A stretch of DNA of 64,000 bases from Patescibacteria group bacterium (GTDB lineage: Bacteria > Patescibacteriota > Patescibacteriia > 2-12-FULL-57-11): the NCBI GenBank assembly GCA_004297205.1, contig SCUL01000002.1, positions 722,893 to 786,892 of the forward strand, written 5' to 3'. Each line of letters begins with the position of its first letter. The first letter of the stretch is position 1. The translations under genes were made by a program, and so were the position numbers. Under the pieces are notes generated by a model. It made no database searches and was not told where the DNA came from. It was given only the letters and a program-made list of their open reading frames with translations. Positions 20,425 to 33,600 of the stretch are shown here, in pieces.

Positions 20425-21354
20425 ATGAAGATTCTGGTCACCGGCGGCGCGGGATTCATCGGGTCGCATCTGGTGGACGCGCTCGTGGCACGCGGCCATC
20501 GCGTCACCGTGCTCGACAATTTGTCGACGGGTAACCGCGGCAACGTCCATTCCAAGGCGCGGTTCGTGCGTGCCGACGTGGCGAGCCCGGCAGCCGAACG
20601 GCTCGTGAAACGCCTGAAGCCGGACGTCATTTACCATCTCGCGGCCCAGAAGGACGTGCGGCTCTCCGTGAACGATCCGCTGGCCGACGCCCGCGTCAAC
20701 GTGCTCGGTCTGCTGACGCTGGTGCGCGGCGCCCTCGCCGCGGGCGGCGTGAAGCGCTTCATTTTCACCTCAACGGGCGGCGCCATTTACGGCGGTGCGG
20801 ACGTGCTGCCGACGCCCGAGGAATATCCGGCGCGGCCATTGTCGCCCTACGGCGCCTCGAAACTCGCCTCGGAACTCTACTTGTCTTCGTACCGGCTGAC
20901 GGGCCTGCTGCCGTTCGTCTCTTTGCGGCTCAGCAACGTCTACGGTCCGCGCCAGAGCCCGCAGTCCGAGGCCGGCGTCGTGGCCATCTGGACCGGCGCG
21001 CTCGCCGCGGGCAAGCGTCCCATCGTCTACGGTGACGGCAAGCAGACGCGGGATTTCGTCTACGTGTCCGACGTGGTGCGGGCGCTCCTGGCCGCATTGC
21101 GCAAAGGCGCCTACGGGACGTTCAATGTCGGCACCGGCGAGGAGACGTCCGTGAACACCCTGCTGCGCATGCTGCGCGCCGTGATGGGCAGCGATGTGAA
21201 ACCGGTGTACGCGCCGATGCGTTCCGGTGAGGAACGCCGCAGCGTGCTTGCCGTCGGTCGCGCCCGCCGCATGCTCGGTTGGAAGCCGCAGGTCTCGCTG
21301 GAGCGGGGGATCGCCAAGACGGTTGCCTGGCATGCGCGTGCTTCCGCTCGATAA
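20425..21354 (+). CDS. NAD-dependent epimerase/dehydratase (UDP-glucose 4-epimerase-like)
   Basis: TGGAGFIGSH, YGASK, NVYGPRQ, GDGKQTRDFVYV. Confidence 0.93.
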   Translation: MKILVTGGAGFIGSHLVDALVARGHRVTVLDNLSTGNRGNVHSKARFVRADVASPAAERLVKRLKPDVIYHLAAQKDVRLSVNDPLADARVNVLGLLTLVRGALAAGGVKRFIFTSTGGAIYGGADVLPTPEEYPARPLSPYGASKLASELYLSSYRLTGLLPFVSLRLSNVYGPRQSPQSEAGVVAIWTGALAAGKRPIVYGDGKQTRDFVYVSDVVRALLAALRKGAYGTFNVGTGEETSVNTLLRMLRAVMGSDVKPVYAPMRSGEERRSVLAVGRARRMLGWKPQVSLERGIAKTVAWHARASAR

Positions 21355-21943
21355 GGCGCGGCGCGGCGCCTCGCTTGCCGCGGCCGTCCGCATCCTGAAG
21401 CGCGGCGGCGTGGTGGTCGTGCCCACCGAAACCTCCTACGGCCTGGCCGCCGACGCTCTTAACCCGCGCGCCGTGGCCCGGGTGCGCCGCCTCAAAGGCC
21501 GCGGCGACAAACCGATGGCGTTGATGGCTTCCTCCGCATCCATGGTCCGCTCTTTTTTCCACGTGGAAGCCCTTGCCGGGCGTCTGATGCGCCGTCACTG
21601 GCCGGGCCCGCTCACTCTGGTCCTCCCGGTCCGCAACCGACTGCTGTCCCGCGCCAAGTTGTCCCGCGACGGCGCCGTCGGCGTGCGGGTGCCGTCCGCC
21701 GCGCTGCCGCGCCTGCTGTCCCGCGCGTTGGGACGGCCCATCGTCGCCACGTCGGCGAACCGCTCCGGCGCGCCGGCCGCGCCCGGGCTTGCTGCATTCC
21801 TTCTGCAATTCCGTAACAAACGGCTGCCCGACGCGTTCCTCGATGCCGGCCGCCTCCCGGTCCGGCTGCCCTCGACGGTCGCCCGCATCATCGACGGCGG
21901 CATCCGCATCGTGCGTTCAGGATCCGTCATGCCCCGCGCCTAG
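21332..21943 (+). CDS. tsaC: L-threonylcarbamoyladenylate synthase (Sua5/TsaC)
   Basis: PTETSYGLAAD, KGR, WPGPLTLV, ATSANRSG, PST. Confidence 0.93.
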   Translation: MRVLPLDKARRGASLAAAVRILKRGGVVVVPTETSYGLAADALNPRAVARVRRLKGRGDKPMALMASSASMVRSFFHVEALAGRLMRRHWPGPLTLVLPVRNRLLSRAKLSRDGAVGVRVPSAALPRLLSRALGRPIVATSANRSGAPAAPGLAAFLLQFRNKRLPDAFLDAGRLPVRLPSTVARIIDGGIRIVRSGSVMPRA

Positions 21944-21945
21944 CT

Positions 21946-23121
21946 ATGCTCGACCGCTTCCGCCAATTCGCGGTGTCGCTGCTGGGCCTCGGCCGCAGCC
22001 AGCAGATGCGCGAACTGTACCTGTCCACGATCATCCTCCAGTTCGCCGCCTCGGCGATCGTGATTTTCGAGCCGATCTACCTGTGGTCGGCCGGCTTCTC
22101 CCTTCAGCGGATCATCCTGTTTTACGGGGCGATTTACGCCGTTTACTTCGCCATCCTGCCGCTCGGCGGCAAATTCGTGCGGGCCCGCGGCTACGAACAC
22201 GGCATCATGTATTCGACGCCGTTCTTGATCCTGTACTACCTTTCGCTGTTCGCCATCCCGTATTCTCCGGTTTTCATCGGCACGGCCGTCGTCTCGTACG
22301 CGCTCCAAAAAATGTTCTACTGGCCGGGCTACCACGCCGACTTCGCGCGTTTCGGCATTGCCCAGCAGACCGGACGCGAACTCTCGGTCCTGGTGATGCT
22401 CGCCTCGATCGCCGCGATCGCCGGACCCGCCGTCGGCGGCCTCGTGCTCGTGACGCTCGGCTATCCGGCGCTGTTCGTCCTGGTGTCGCTGCTCATCCTT
22501 CTTTCGAACGTACCGCTCTTGCTCACCCCGGAGGTGTTCACGCCGCGCGTGTTCTCTTATGAGGATGCCTGGAAACGTCTGTGGAAGCCGGAGAACCGGC
22601 GGAAACTCGTTTCTTACATGGGCTTCGGCGAGGAGTTCATCGTGATGATCATCTGGCCGCTCTTCATGTACACGGTGGTGAAGGAATACTTCAACCTGGG
22701 CGCGATCGTGTCCGTGGCCACGCTCGCCACTCTGCTCGTGGCCTTGGCCGTGGGCAGGCTGGCCGACACCGCGGGGCGCAAGCGGGTGCTCCGGCTCGGC
22801 GTCGTCTACACCATGCTGTCCTGGCTGATCCGCCTGGTCAGCGGGGGATTGGGCGGCGTCTTTCTGGCCGACACGTTGTACCGCAGCGCACGCACCGCGA
22901 TCGGCATTCCCTTGATCGCGAGCACCTATGACGGCGCCCGACGGTATTCCGTCACCAAAACCGCAGTCTTCCTGGAGGCGTCGGTGGTTGCCGGGAAGCT
23001 GCTGGCCGCGGTGCTCTGCCTGATCATCGTGACGTTTTTTGCGCCGGGCTGGGAGCTGATGTTCCTGCTGGCCGCCGCCTTCACCCTGCTCTACGGCTTC
23101 TATGAACCGGAGCGTGCGTGA
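21946..23121 (+). CDS. MFS transporter
   Basis: About 12 TM; GRLADTAGRKRV motif A. Confidence 0.88.
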   Translation: MLDRFRQFAVSLLGLGRSQQMRELYLSTIILQFAASAIVIFEPIYLWSAGFSLQRIILFYGAIYAVYFAILPLGGKFVRARGYEHGIMYSTPFLILYYLSLFAIPYSPVFIGTAVVSYALQKMFYWPGYHADFARFGIAQQTGRELSVLVMLASIAAIAGPAVGGLVLVTLGYPALFVLVSLLILLSNVPLLLTPEVFTPRVFSYEDAWKRLWKPENRRKLVSYMGFGEEFIVMIIWPLFMYTVVKEYFNLGAIVSVATLATLLVALAVGRLADTAGRKRVLRLGVVYTMLSWLIRLVSGGLGGVFLADTLYRSARTAIGIPLIASTYDGARRYSVTKTAVFLEASVVAGKLLAAVLCLIIVTFFAPGWELMFLLAAAFTLLYGFYEPERA

Positions 23122-23923
23122 GGAGACGGCGGCGCTGCTCGCCGCGCACGGCCTGCCGCTTTCGAAGTTGCGCGGACAGCACCTGCTGGTCGACGCGGCG
23201 CATCTTGCGCGCATCGTTGCGGCGGCCCGCCTGGGACGTGCTGACGCGGTGCTCGAGATCGGTCCGGGCACGGGCGTGCTGACGGAGAGGCTGCTCGCGA
23301 CCGGCGCGCGCGTCACGGCCGTCGAACTCGATCAGCGCATGGCGCACCTGCTCGCCGCGCGCTTCAGCGGCGAGCCGCGCTTCACGCTCGTGGTCGGTGA
23401 CGCGTTGCGGGAAGTGCCGCGCTTGTCGCTGCCGGCGGGCTACGCCGTCGTCGCCAACCTGCCGTACCAGATCACGACGCCGCTCCTCTGGGAGCTGGTC
23501 GGTCCGGATCGGCCGGCTGCCGCGCTGCCCACGGCCGTGACCGTGCTCGTACAGAAGGAAGTCGCCGACCGCATGTTGGCCCGGCCGCCGCGTCTGAACC
23601 TGCTGGCGCTGCTCATGCAGACCTATGGGGCAGGGGAGCGCATCGCCGTGGTGCCGCCCGGCGCGTTCCTGCCGCCGCCCAAAGTCACCTCGGCCTCCGT
23701 CCGGTTCGTGGCCGCGCCGGTCAAAGGCCGCGACCGCCTCCTTTCCCTGGCCCGGGCCGGTTTTTCCGCCCCGCGCCGCCTTCTGGCCGGGAATCTGGCC
23801 GCTGCCGGCATCGCCGACCGGGCTGCCGTCGAGGCCGCATTGACTGCGGCCGGACTGCCGGAAGACGTCCGGGCCGAGCGGCTTTCCCTGACCGATTGGC
23901 AAAGGGTCGCCGCCGCTTTATAA
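23102..23923 (+). CDS. rsmA: 16S rRNA dimethyladenosine transferase RsmA/KsgA
   Basis: GQHLLVD, LEIGPGTG, ANLPYQIT, VQKEVADR, FLPPPKVTS, RAERLS. Confidence 0.96.
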   Translation: MNRSVREETAALLAAHGLPLSKLRGQHLLVDAAHLARIVAAARLGRADAVLEIGPGTGVLTERLLATGARVTAVELDQRMAHLLAARFSGEPRFTLVVGDALREVPRLSLPAGYAVVANLPYQITTPLLWELVGPDRPAAALPTAVTVLVQKEVADRMLARPPRLNLLALLMQTYGAGERIAVVPPGAFLPPPKVTSASVRFVAAPVKGRDRLLSLARAGFSAPRRLLAGNLAAAGIADRAAVEAALTAAGLPEDVRAERLSLTDWQRVAAAL

Positions 23924-23945
23924 TGAAGGCACGTTTGGTGAAACG

Positions 23946-24596
23946 GTGGCTCTTCGTATGCAAACGGACCATGCGCCCTGGGCGGAAGAACATCGGACCG
24001 TGCTCGTGGGCCTCTTGCTCATCACGGTCGTGCTGTTCGTGCTCGGTGCGGCGCAGATCGTCCGTACCATCCGCGCTCCGTTCACCGCGCCGACCGGCGC
24101 CTACAAGACGACCGAACAGCTCCGGCAGGAAGAGGTCGCCGCGCTCAAAGCGCGCGACACGGACGGCGACGGCTTGTCCGACTACGACGAGCTGAACATC
24201 TACCTGACGAGTCCCTACCTTGAGGACACCGACTCGGACGGCGTTTCGGACGGAGACGAAGTGCGCGCCGGCGAGGATCCCAACTGCCCGCGCGGGCAGA
24301 ACTGCGGACCGGGTGCCAGCCAGGTCGGTCCCCGCGGCGCATCGCCGCAGGACCTGACATCGGCGCCGGGCAGCCGTCCGGGCGCGAACTCGCCGCTCTC
24401 CGGCAGCACCTTCGTCGGCCTCACGCCGGAGAACCTGGAGACGCTCGACGCGACGCAAGTCCGTTCGCTCCTGCGCGGCGCCGGCGTCCCGGAAGACGTG
24501 CTGAGCCAGTTCACCGATGAAGAGATCATGGCGCTGTTCCGGGAGACGCTCGCCAAAGAAGATCCGCTCGGCGCCGCCAGTTCGACGCCGCAGTAA
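23946..24596 (+). CDS. Membrane-anchored protein with Ca-binding TSP3-like repeats
   Basis: One TM; DTDGDGLSDYDE / DTDSDGVSDGDE. Confidence 0.8.
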   Translation: MALRMQTDHAPWAEEHRTVLVGLLLITVVLFVLGAAQIVRTIRAPFTAPTGAYKTTEQLRQEEVAALKARDTDGDGLSDYDELNIYLTSPYLEDTDSDGVSDGDEVRAGEDPNCPRGQNCGPGASQVGPRGASPQDLTSAPGSRPGANSPLSGSTFVGLTPENLETLDATQVRSLLRGAGVPEDVLSQFTDEEIMALFRETLAKEDPLGAASSTPQ

Positions 24597-24611
24597 CCCG
24601 CCGCCCAGGCC

Positions 24612-27600
24612 ATGAAAGCGCGCGCGCGAAAAACATCGGCCGCCGTCCTGCTCTCGCTGACGCTCTTCGTCGGCGGGCTTGGCATAGCCGCGCCGCGGCC
24701 GGCGCACGCACAGCTCGCCGTCATCGACCCCGTGACCGGAGCCAACACCACGATCCGCAACTTCGAGGATTTCCTGGACAAGGTGCTCCTCGGCGGCGTG
24801 ACGATGGGCTTCATCAACGCCCTCAACTACTTTGCCCAAAAGATCGCCTACGATGCCGCGGTCTTCATCTCCGCCGGCGGCAAGGGGGAAGGGCCGCTCT
24901 TTCAATACAAGGACTTCGGTTCGTATCTGGGCGACGTGGCGCTCGGCGCCGCGGGCGAGGCCATCGGCACGTTCTCGGAAATCGGTTTTCTGGGTTTCAA
25001 TCTTTGCGAACCGGCCGGTCCGGACGCGCCGCGCATCAGTCTCGCCCTCCAGCTCGGCATCGCCTCGCAGTACGAGGCGCCGGAGCCGCGCTGCGAATGG
25101 AGCCGCATCAGCGAATCCTGGGACCAGTTCACGACGAGTTTCGAAACCGGCGAAGTGCTGCGCAACATCCAGCTGTCCGTCGGTCCGGGTCAGACCGGGC
25201 TGCACGGCCTTTTTCAGGCGCCGCTCAAGGTTGCGGAAAAAGTCAGCTCCGAAAAGCTGACCGGGGAGCTGGAACGCGAGGAGGGCCAAGGGTTCAAGTC
25301 GCTGACCGACGTCGTGACCGGCCGGCAGAAGACGCCGGCGGCGGTGGTCCGTGAAACGGCACTCGAGCAGACCGCCCGTTCGCCCGGCCAGCAGCAACAG
25401 TCCACGGCCTCGGTCATCGGTCCGGTGCTCTCCCAAGGCGTCCTCCAGGTGCTCTCGGTCGCCCTGGGTACCTTCGTGAACACGCTGGCCTCCCAGCTGC
25501 TGAACCGCGCCTTTGAAGAGGGAAGCTTCGACGTCACCGGCTTTGACCTGGCCTGCGCTTTCCGCGACGCCGTGCCGGGCTCGGCCGACGCGCTCTCCGG
25601 CCTGAACTGTCCGCCGGATCCGTCCGATCCCGAAGCGGTCACTCGCGGCGGCAAAGCCGCGGCGCGCGCCGCCTATTCGAGCTTGCTGGCGCCGCGCGTG
25701 CAGGAAGTCAACAGTTTTGACGCCGTGGCCGAGTTCACCGTCTGTCCGGATTCGTTCCGCGGTCCGCAGAACTGCGCCATGGATCCGGGATTCGCCGCCG
25801 GGGTCCGCGTCGCACTCCAGGGCGAGGCCATCACGATCCGCGACGCCCTGCAGCAGGGGTACTTGCATGCCGACTGGCCGCTCGTGCCGCCGACCGGCGA
25901 CGGGGCCTCGCGCAACGCCGATCCGTTCTGCTTCAACAACGGGTACTGCTACTCCAACTTGGTGAAGCTGCGCAAGGCGCGCATCATTCCGATCGGTTTC
26001 GAACTCGCCGCCGAAAAAGCGCTGCCGGACACGACGCTCGGCAAGGTGGTCGACGCATTCGACGATTGCAGCGGCGTGGACGGGCAGTTCTGCAAGCTGA
26101 TCGATCCGGACTGGCTCCTGAAATATCCGCTCACCCAGTGTCGCGCCAAAGTGTTCGGGCCGACGCTTTTGGCCGGCGACTCGGACATCCGCGGCGAAAC
26201 CTGCGTCGATGCGCCGACCTGCATCGCGGAGAACGCGGACGGCACGTGCGGCGCAGGCTTCGGCTACTGCACGCGGGAAAAGAACATCTGGCGGTTGGGC
26301 GGCGATGCCTGTCCCGCGCAATATGCCTCCTGCCAGGCCTACGCGGGGCCGGAGGGCCGCAACCTGTCCGTCCTGAAGAACGCGGTGGACAAGGCCATCT
26401 GCTCGTTCGAGAACGCCGGCTGCAACTGGTACGCCACGGAGCAGGATCCGGCGGACGGCCCGGGCGACTGGACGTATCAGCAGGGGCGCCTCTTCCTCGA
26501 CCGCGACGGCGGCACGTGCGAAGAGGAGCACGCCGGCTGCAGCGAATTCGTCGTCCGCGCCGGGCTGCAGGCCAACCTCGTCCGCAACCCGAGCTTTGAG
26601 TTGAACAATCAGACGGCGACCCGGCCCGACTTCTGGGAAGGCGTGCCGACCAGCTACGTGCGTGACATCGCGGCTGCGGACGGCACCGCGGCGGTCTCCA
26701 GCCTGACCGACGTCGCCCAGAGCATCGGCGTCGATCAGGGCGAAGCCTATGCGCTTTCGGCCACGGCCCGCCGCGCCACCGGCGCCGCAGGCGGCCGCGC
26801 GCTCGTCCGTCTGACCGTGACCGATGCCGCCGGCACTGCGCTTGGATTCGCGGCCGGAGATTCGACCTGCGCCATCAGCGGACCGGGCGGCACCGTGCTG
26901 ACGCTCACCGTCACGGCGGATACCGACGGCGCCTTCAGTCGCGATGCCTGTGCGTTCACCGTGCCATTCGGCGGCCAGGTCGTGCGTCTGACGGCCCGGA
27001 CCGAGGGCGGCGCGCTAGCCGACGCCATCCAGCTGGAATACGGCGCCACGGCGACCACCTTCCGTGGCAATACCTACCAAGGGGAGCAGCGCACCTACCT
27101 CAAACAGCCGCCGTCCTGGCTGGGCTGCACCGGCGAACTCAGCGATCCGCCGGAGTGCGACCAGTACGCCGGCGTCTGCCGGCCGGATGAAGTGGGCTGC
27201 GACGCCTACACGCCCGCTACCGGCGGCCTTTCGGTGCCGGGCATCGTCAGCCAGGAGAACCGCTGCGACGCGGCCTGCGCCGGCTACGCCACCTATAAAG
27301 AAGAAGCGTCGCCGCTGTCCTACGCCCGCTACCCGGTGCACCTCATTCCGACGCGCGGCCAGACCTGCTCCTTGGCCGCCGCGGGCTGCACGGAATTCAC
27401 CAATCTGGATGCCGCCGCCGCGGGCGGGGAAGCGCGCGAGTACTACGCCACGCTCCGAACCTGTGAAAAGCCGCGCCCGGGCGAAGTCGTGCCCGTGTAC
27501 TACACCTGGGAAGGCTCGGACACGACCGGCTTCCAGCTTAAGGAATGGCAGCTCAAGGCCGAAGTCGCTGCCGCGCCCGGCGGCGGACGTCCGCCGGCCT

Positions 27601-30600
27601 TGATCCGCGGCACGGATCCGGCCGGCTGTACGCGCGCCATCTACCTCGCCGGATCGAATCCCGACTGCCGCGAGTTCTTCGACGTCGCCGGCAACATTTC
27701 CTACCGTCTCTACTCCAAGACCATCGTCATTTCGCCGGACTGCCGCCCGCTGCGCATGACGGCGCTGCCGGTCGACGAGTCGGCAACGGCCGTCACCTGC
27801 GGCCTGCTCGGCGGACGGTTCGTGGACGGCTCCTGCAGCATTTGCGAAGGGCTGGGCGGCACCTGGAATGACCCGTCCGGCACGGACCTCGGCTGCACGT
27901 TTAACGCCTTTGCGCCGGAGTCGCGTTCTTGCACCGCCGCGGAATCGGGTTGCCGCCTGTACACCGGCAACGCCGGCGGGAACGTCCGCCGCGAGGGCTT
28001 CTGGGATTTCGAGAGCGGCGACCGCGAGGGTTGGGGGCCGTCGGACGCCACGACCGCCGTCTCCACGGAATCAACCGCCGTCGGCGGCCACTCCATCCGC
28101 GTCAATGCCGGCGGCACCCTGAGCCGCCCGGCGCCGGCCGCTGCCGCGAACAACACCTACTACCTGACGTTCTGGGGCAAGGGCCGCGGCGCCATCACCG
28201 CGCGTTTCTCCGGCGCACCGGCCGACCGCTCCTTCACGACCGGCGGGATCACGCTCGGCGCCACCTGGAACCGTTACTCGCTCGGGCCGGTCGTCGTCGA
28301 CTGGACGCCGGCCGCGGACGAGACGCTCGTCCTGACCGGTTTCAGCGACGTTTCCTTCGTCGACCGCATCGAGCTGACCCGCGTCGCGTCCAACATCGGC
28401 CTGGTCAAAGATTCTTGGACCATCCCCGCCATCTGCGATCAGAACGCCTCCGGCGCCTTCCTGCCGCAGGCCCAGCTCGGCTGCACCCAATACCGCGCAG
28501 CGCGCTCCGGCAACACGGAATATCTGACCGGCTTCTCCTCGCTCTGCCGGGAGAAGGCCGTGGGCTGCACCGCGTATGTCGCCACGCAGCAGTCGCCCTC
28601 GCCGGGCCGCGAAAGCTGGAACGCGCTGTGCGTGCTGCCGACGGCGGCCGCGGCGCCCACCCCCTGCAGCATCGACGGCCGCGAGGTTTGCACGGTCGGC
28701 GTCAACCGCCGTTCCTGCCGCTACCAGGCCGACGATCTGCCGTCGCCCGTGACCTTCGATATGTCCGCGGCCGGTGTCTGCCAGGTGGACGGCATCGTCA
28801 TCGTGGATGGCACCGGCACGCCGGTGCGCCGCGGCACCCCGGGGGAGTGCACCGGCCAGCCGCAGGACCTGGTGGTCGTGCCGGCCGACAAGAGCGTCTA
28901 TCTCGTCGATGACGAGAACAACCGGTGCGAACCGGAATTTGCCGGCTGCGCGCTGGTGGGCCGCTCCGACGGCCGCACCTGCACGCTCGCATCCGCCTGC
29001 ACCCCGGCCGCCGGCCGCGATACCTGCGACTGCTTGCAGGGCGGCGAGCTCCTGTGCCGGGTGAAAGCGGGGGAGACGGCCTGCCGCGCGCCGCTGCCGT
29101 TCCGCGAGCCGTTCGCTTCGACGACGCAGATCAGCTACGCCGAGACCACGGTCCTGAACGACCCCAAGCGCTACGACCAATCGCTTTGCTCGATCGAGGC
29201 GGTGGGCTGCCAGGAGTGGACCGAGATCGGCCCGACCACGGGCAAGGCCTACTTCAAGGATCCGGAAACGCGCACCTGCGAATACCGCGAGGACGTCCCG
29301 GACGGCAGCGGCCGCTCGCTCGACGGTTGGTACCGCACCGGCACGGACATTGCGTGCGACTCTACGCTGCTCGTCTCCGGCGAGACCTTCGGTATCTGGA
29401 AGAACGGCGACGAACAGTATCAGGGTTTCGTCGGCCAGTGCCCGGCCAGCTTCTCGACGTGTTCCGAGTTCCTCGATCCGGCGGACCGCGACACGCGCGC
29501 CCCGCTCGGACGGCCCTACTATTTCCTCAAGAACCAGAAAATCGACACGGCCAGCTGCCGCGGCCAGGTCAACCCGCTGAACGGCTGCGTGCTGTTCAAC
29601 GACACCACCGACCCGAACGTCACGGCCAACACGCTGGTCACGAACTCCGTCAGCGCCGAACGCGGCAACGCCTCGGTTGCGCCGGCGACCTGTCCGGGCC
29701 CGGGCTGCAGCCAGTGCATGTACCGGCGCTATGTCGGCCGCGTCGGTTCCGAGTTTGATGAGCTGTTCGAACGGACGGACGGCCAGGTTTGTGGCACGGT
29801 CAGCGACTGCACCGGCGCCCGCGACGACGAGGAGGCGACCTGCGTCACGGGAACCGGCGGCAACGCGGACTGTCCTGCTGGCGCGGCCTGCGCGGCGTAT
29901 TTCGTCAACGACCCGCGCGTCCATTTCATCGACGCATTCGGTTCCGAACACCCCACGGTCGACTCCTTCCTGGGCACCTTGGGGGTGCGGGGCAACGACG
30001 CCAACGTCGTTCTGAATGTCAGCCGCGACCGCGTCTGCGGCGAGTGGCTGGCCTGCCAGAGCTCGACGCCGGTCTGGGACCCGACGCGCAACCGTTTCAT
30101 CGAAATCTGCGATGCCATCGGCCGGTGCAACGAGTACCAGAAGAACGGCGACAGCACGGTCTGCGTCTCCTGGGTCAACCGTGAGCCGGAAATCCTGACC
30201 GAGGACACGTACACGCAGCGCAACGTGAGCTATGCGGGCCAGGATTACTCCGGTTACTCCATACCGCACCTCTTCGACGTCGAATCGCTGCGCCAGGTTC
30301 CGGTCGGCCGCTTCTGCACCGGAGACACCAGCCGTTCCTGCTCGAGCAACACTGACTGCGAATCGCCGGCCGCCGGCATCTGCAACCCGACGCCGGAGTT
30401 CCGCCTGTCTCGCGTCATCGGCAGCTGCCCCGTCACCGCAGAAGAGGGATCGACCTGCACCAACCCCGACTTCCCGGAGCGTGGCCAGGGCCGCTGCTGG
30501 CAGGGGACCTGCGCCCAGGCGCCGAACGGCAGTCCGGTGGAAACGGAAACGCTGCGTCGCGACGAACCGCAGCCGCTGCAGGCCTTCGGCGAGGCGCAAA

Positions 30601-33600
30601 ACGCCGAATCACCGGCCTGCCGTGCTTACCCGGAGCGCAGCTCGCCGTTCCCGAATGCCGTGGTCAAGGAGTGGAATCCGGCGGAATCAAGCGCCACTGC
30701 GCGCGCCGTGCCCGCCTCCACCCAGCCCGGTTTCAACCGTGCCGCGACCTGCGAGAAGGGGCAGGATTGCGAGTGCACCTATCGCAAGATCGAATACCGC
30801 GGCGGCCAGAACAAGCTCTACACCAGTCTTGACGACGTCGGGGTGCTCGCCCGCGTTCAGGGTCTGTGCTCCAGCGGTCCGCGCGACAAACAGCCTTGTG
30901 ATCCGCTGGCGGCCGCTGCAGCACCAATGGGGTGCGGCCAGGGCGGCACCTGCCAGACCATCGAGCGCAACAACATCGTCCAGGGGCTGAATGGCTACTG
31001 CTTGGAGCGCGACCTCGGATTCGCCATCAACGGCCGGCAGGAACACTCCTTCGCCGATCCGGCCCGCGCCTGCATCACCTGGCTGCCGGTGGACCGGCTG
31101 TCCGGCGCGGTGGACGTCTATAACAACTATCCGAACGCCGGCTTCAACATCGAGAACGCCGCCTTCTGCGCCGTGCCGGAAGCCTATAAGCGCGTGCGCC
31201 CCTTCAGCCGCGGCATCGACACCGGAGACGCCACGGTCACCATCGACGGGGAGGGCTATCCCTTCGGGTGGGGCTGCTTCGAAAGCACGAATTCGCCCGT
31301 GCAGGGGACCTCGTATCCGTTCCGCCGCGCGAGCGGTGGAAGTCCGCAGATCAACATCGCGAACAGCGGCGGCGGCAACATTCCCGAATACGCTTGTCCG
31401 ACGGAAGAAGGGTTCACGGTGATGTCGATGAACGAACATACCGATGCCGGACCGTTCGGGTGTTCGGGCGCCGACTGGGCGTCGGACGACGACTACCAGT
31501 TCCTCTGCGTTCCCCGCAATTCGCGACACATGGCGGATCCTTTGCAGCGACCCTGTCTTCCTCCGACCGGAGGCGTTCGTCTCGAGCGCTATAATCTGGA
31601 TGCCGGTCGCAACATGACCGAAGCCGAGATCCGTTCCCTGAACGGCGGGTACGCCGAGGTGTGGGGCATCCGGGGTTGGTTGAACAGCGCCGACAACAAC
31701 CTGCCGCGCCCTGACGGCATCACGCAAACGGACGGCACGGATCCCGTGCACACGGACAGCGCCATGTTCCACTATGCGGACTGCGTGGCCACGGACACGG
31801 TGGTTCCTGACGGCCCGGGCTCGCCGGGGACGCCGTTCCTGGGTTGCGAGGCGGCGGTCCGCGTCGCCACCTCCGGCCGCCCCGGCGAAAACAAGGTGAT
31901 GACCGGGCGCATCGGCAACGGCCGCGTCGTGCCGCCGGGGTCCCCCTTCACCGTCGCCACGGACGTCGCTTCCTTGCAGTACACATGGGCTGCCGAACCG
32001 GAACCGTTCGGGCGCGTGATTTCCACCGACGTGGACCTTCACACGGCCAGCTCTCCCGACTTTACGCCGGTTGAGATCAACACCTGCGTCAACGGCGGGG
32101 CGGACGGGTACTTCCTGTCAAACGCGTCGAATGCCTGCGAGACGGGCAGCCCGGTCACGAACATCCACAGCGAGACCCGGTCGTACGCCGAAATCAACGC
32201 GAGTCGCTCCGGCGCCGGAACAAGCTGCACGCCGGGCCGGTCCGGCGACCTCGACTGTTCAGAGCGCGCCGTCGCCGGGAGCCTCACCTGCTCCAAGGTG
32301 AGCGGCAGCAACCTCGGCTGCTTCGTCGGGTGCAACGACGCGGACCGCGACGACGCCTTCTGCGCGGACGGCAGCGCCGACGGCAACGGCACGGGCCAAA
32401 ACCTGGGCCGTTGCGACCGGATCGTCGGCGGATCGACTTTCTGCACGAACTCCCTCGCCGGCGATTGGGTTGATAATGAAGGCGCCTGTGAGAGCGATGC
32501 CAACCGTCAGATCGTCGGCACATGCCGTAACGCCGGGCCGAAGGATGGCAGCCAGTGCACGGACCAGTACGATTGCACGCATTTGAGATGTGAATCGCTC
32601 GGGCCGGAGAGCGGCGGAGGTGGATACTGCACCGGCGGAGGCGGCGGCGCCGCGATCTGCGACATCTCGAACCACTACTGCCGGTCGTACGCCTCCGATG
32701 GAGGAACGGTGCCGACGCTGTCGCGCGTCACCGACCGGTTGAAACAACTCTTCGCCCGAGTGTACGGCGCACTCCTCTACTCGCCGCAAAACGTTCAGGC
32801 CGTCTGTGATGCTGCGACCCGGCGCTGCAACAACAATCCGTTGCGCACCTGCACGCCCGGCATCGCCGGAGACGAGGAATGCAAGCTGCCCGATTACACG
32901 CCGGTGCGCGCCGGTCAGACGCTTGCCGGTGCCAACGTCGATGCCGCCGGCGACCTGCAATACAATACCGGTGACCTCGTCTACGACATCAGCAACACGA
33001 TCGGCGCGCCGCCGGTGGTTCGCTCGGTGGGCGACTGCAACACGCAGAACCAGTGTCTGGAGGGTCCCGAGGGGCAGGTGAGCGTGAACGGCGTCGACGA
33101 CGGCCAGGTCAAGGGCGGCAACGGCAACAAGAACATCACGCTGCGCTTCTTCGCCTACGCCCAGAACGACCAGATGCCGCTCCGGAACATCACCGTGGAC
33201 TGGGGCGACGGCACCAATCCGTCCGGCAACAACCCCGGTTCCTCCTACAAGAACCGCCGTGGTTATGAGTACCAGCGCGTGCCCCGTCCCGACGGCACGG
33301 AGGCGCTGGAGCTGACCTCGCTCTGTGACGGTGATACCTTCGGCACGTCGCCCGACGCCTGCGATGCCATCGCGCCGCTCGCCTTCAACCACGCCTACAT
33401 CTGTAACCGCGACGCCACGGCCCGCTGCTTCGATGGCACCAACGACTGCGTGGAGATCGTCGACGGCCGCCCGGCCTGCGTCTACAAGCCTCGCGTCCAG
33501 GCGCTCGACAACTGGGGTTTCTGCAACGGCACCTGCGCCGGCGGTGCGCCGACCACGGACTCGAACTTCTGCTACGACGGATCGACCAACCCGTCGCTCG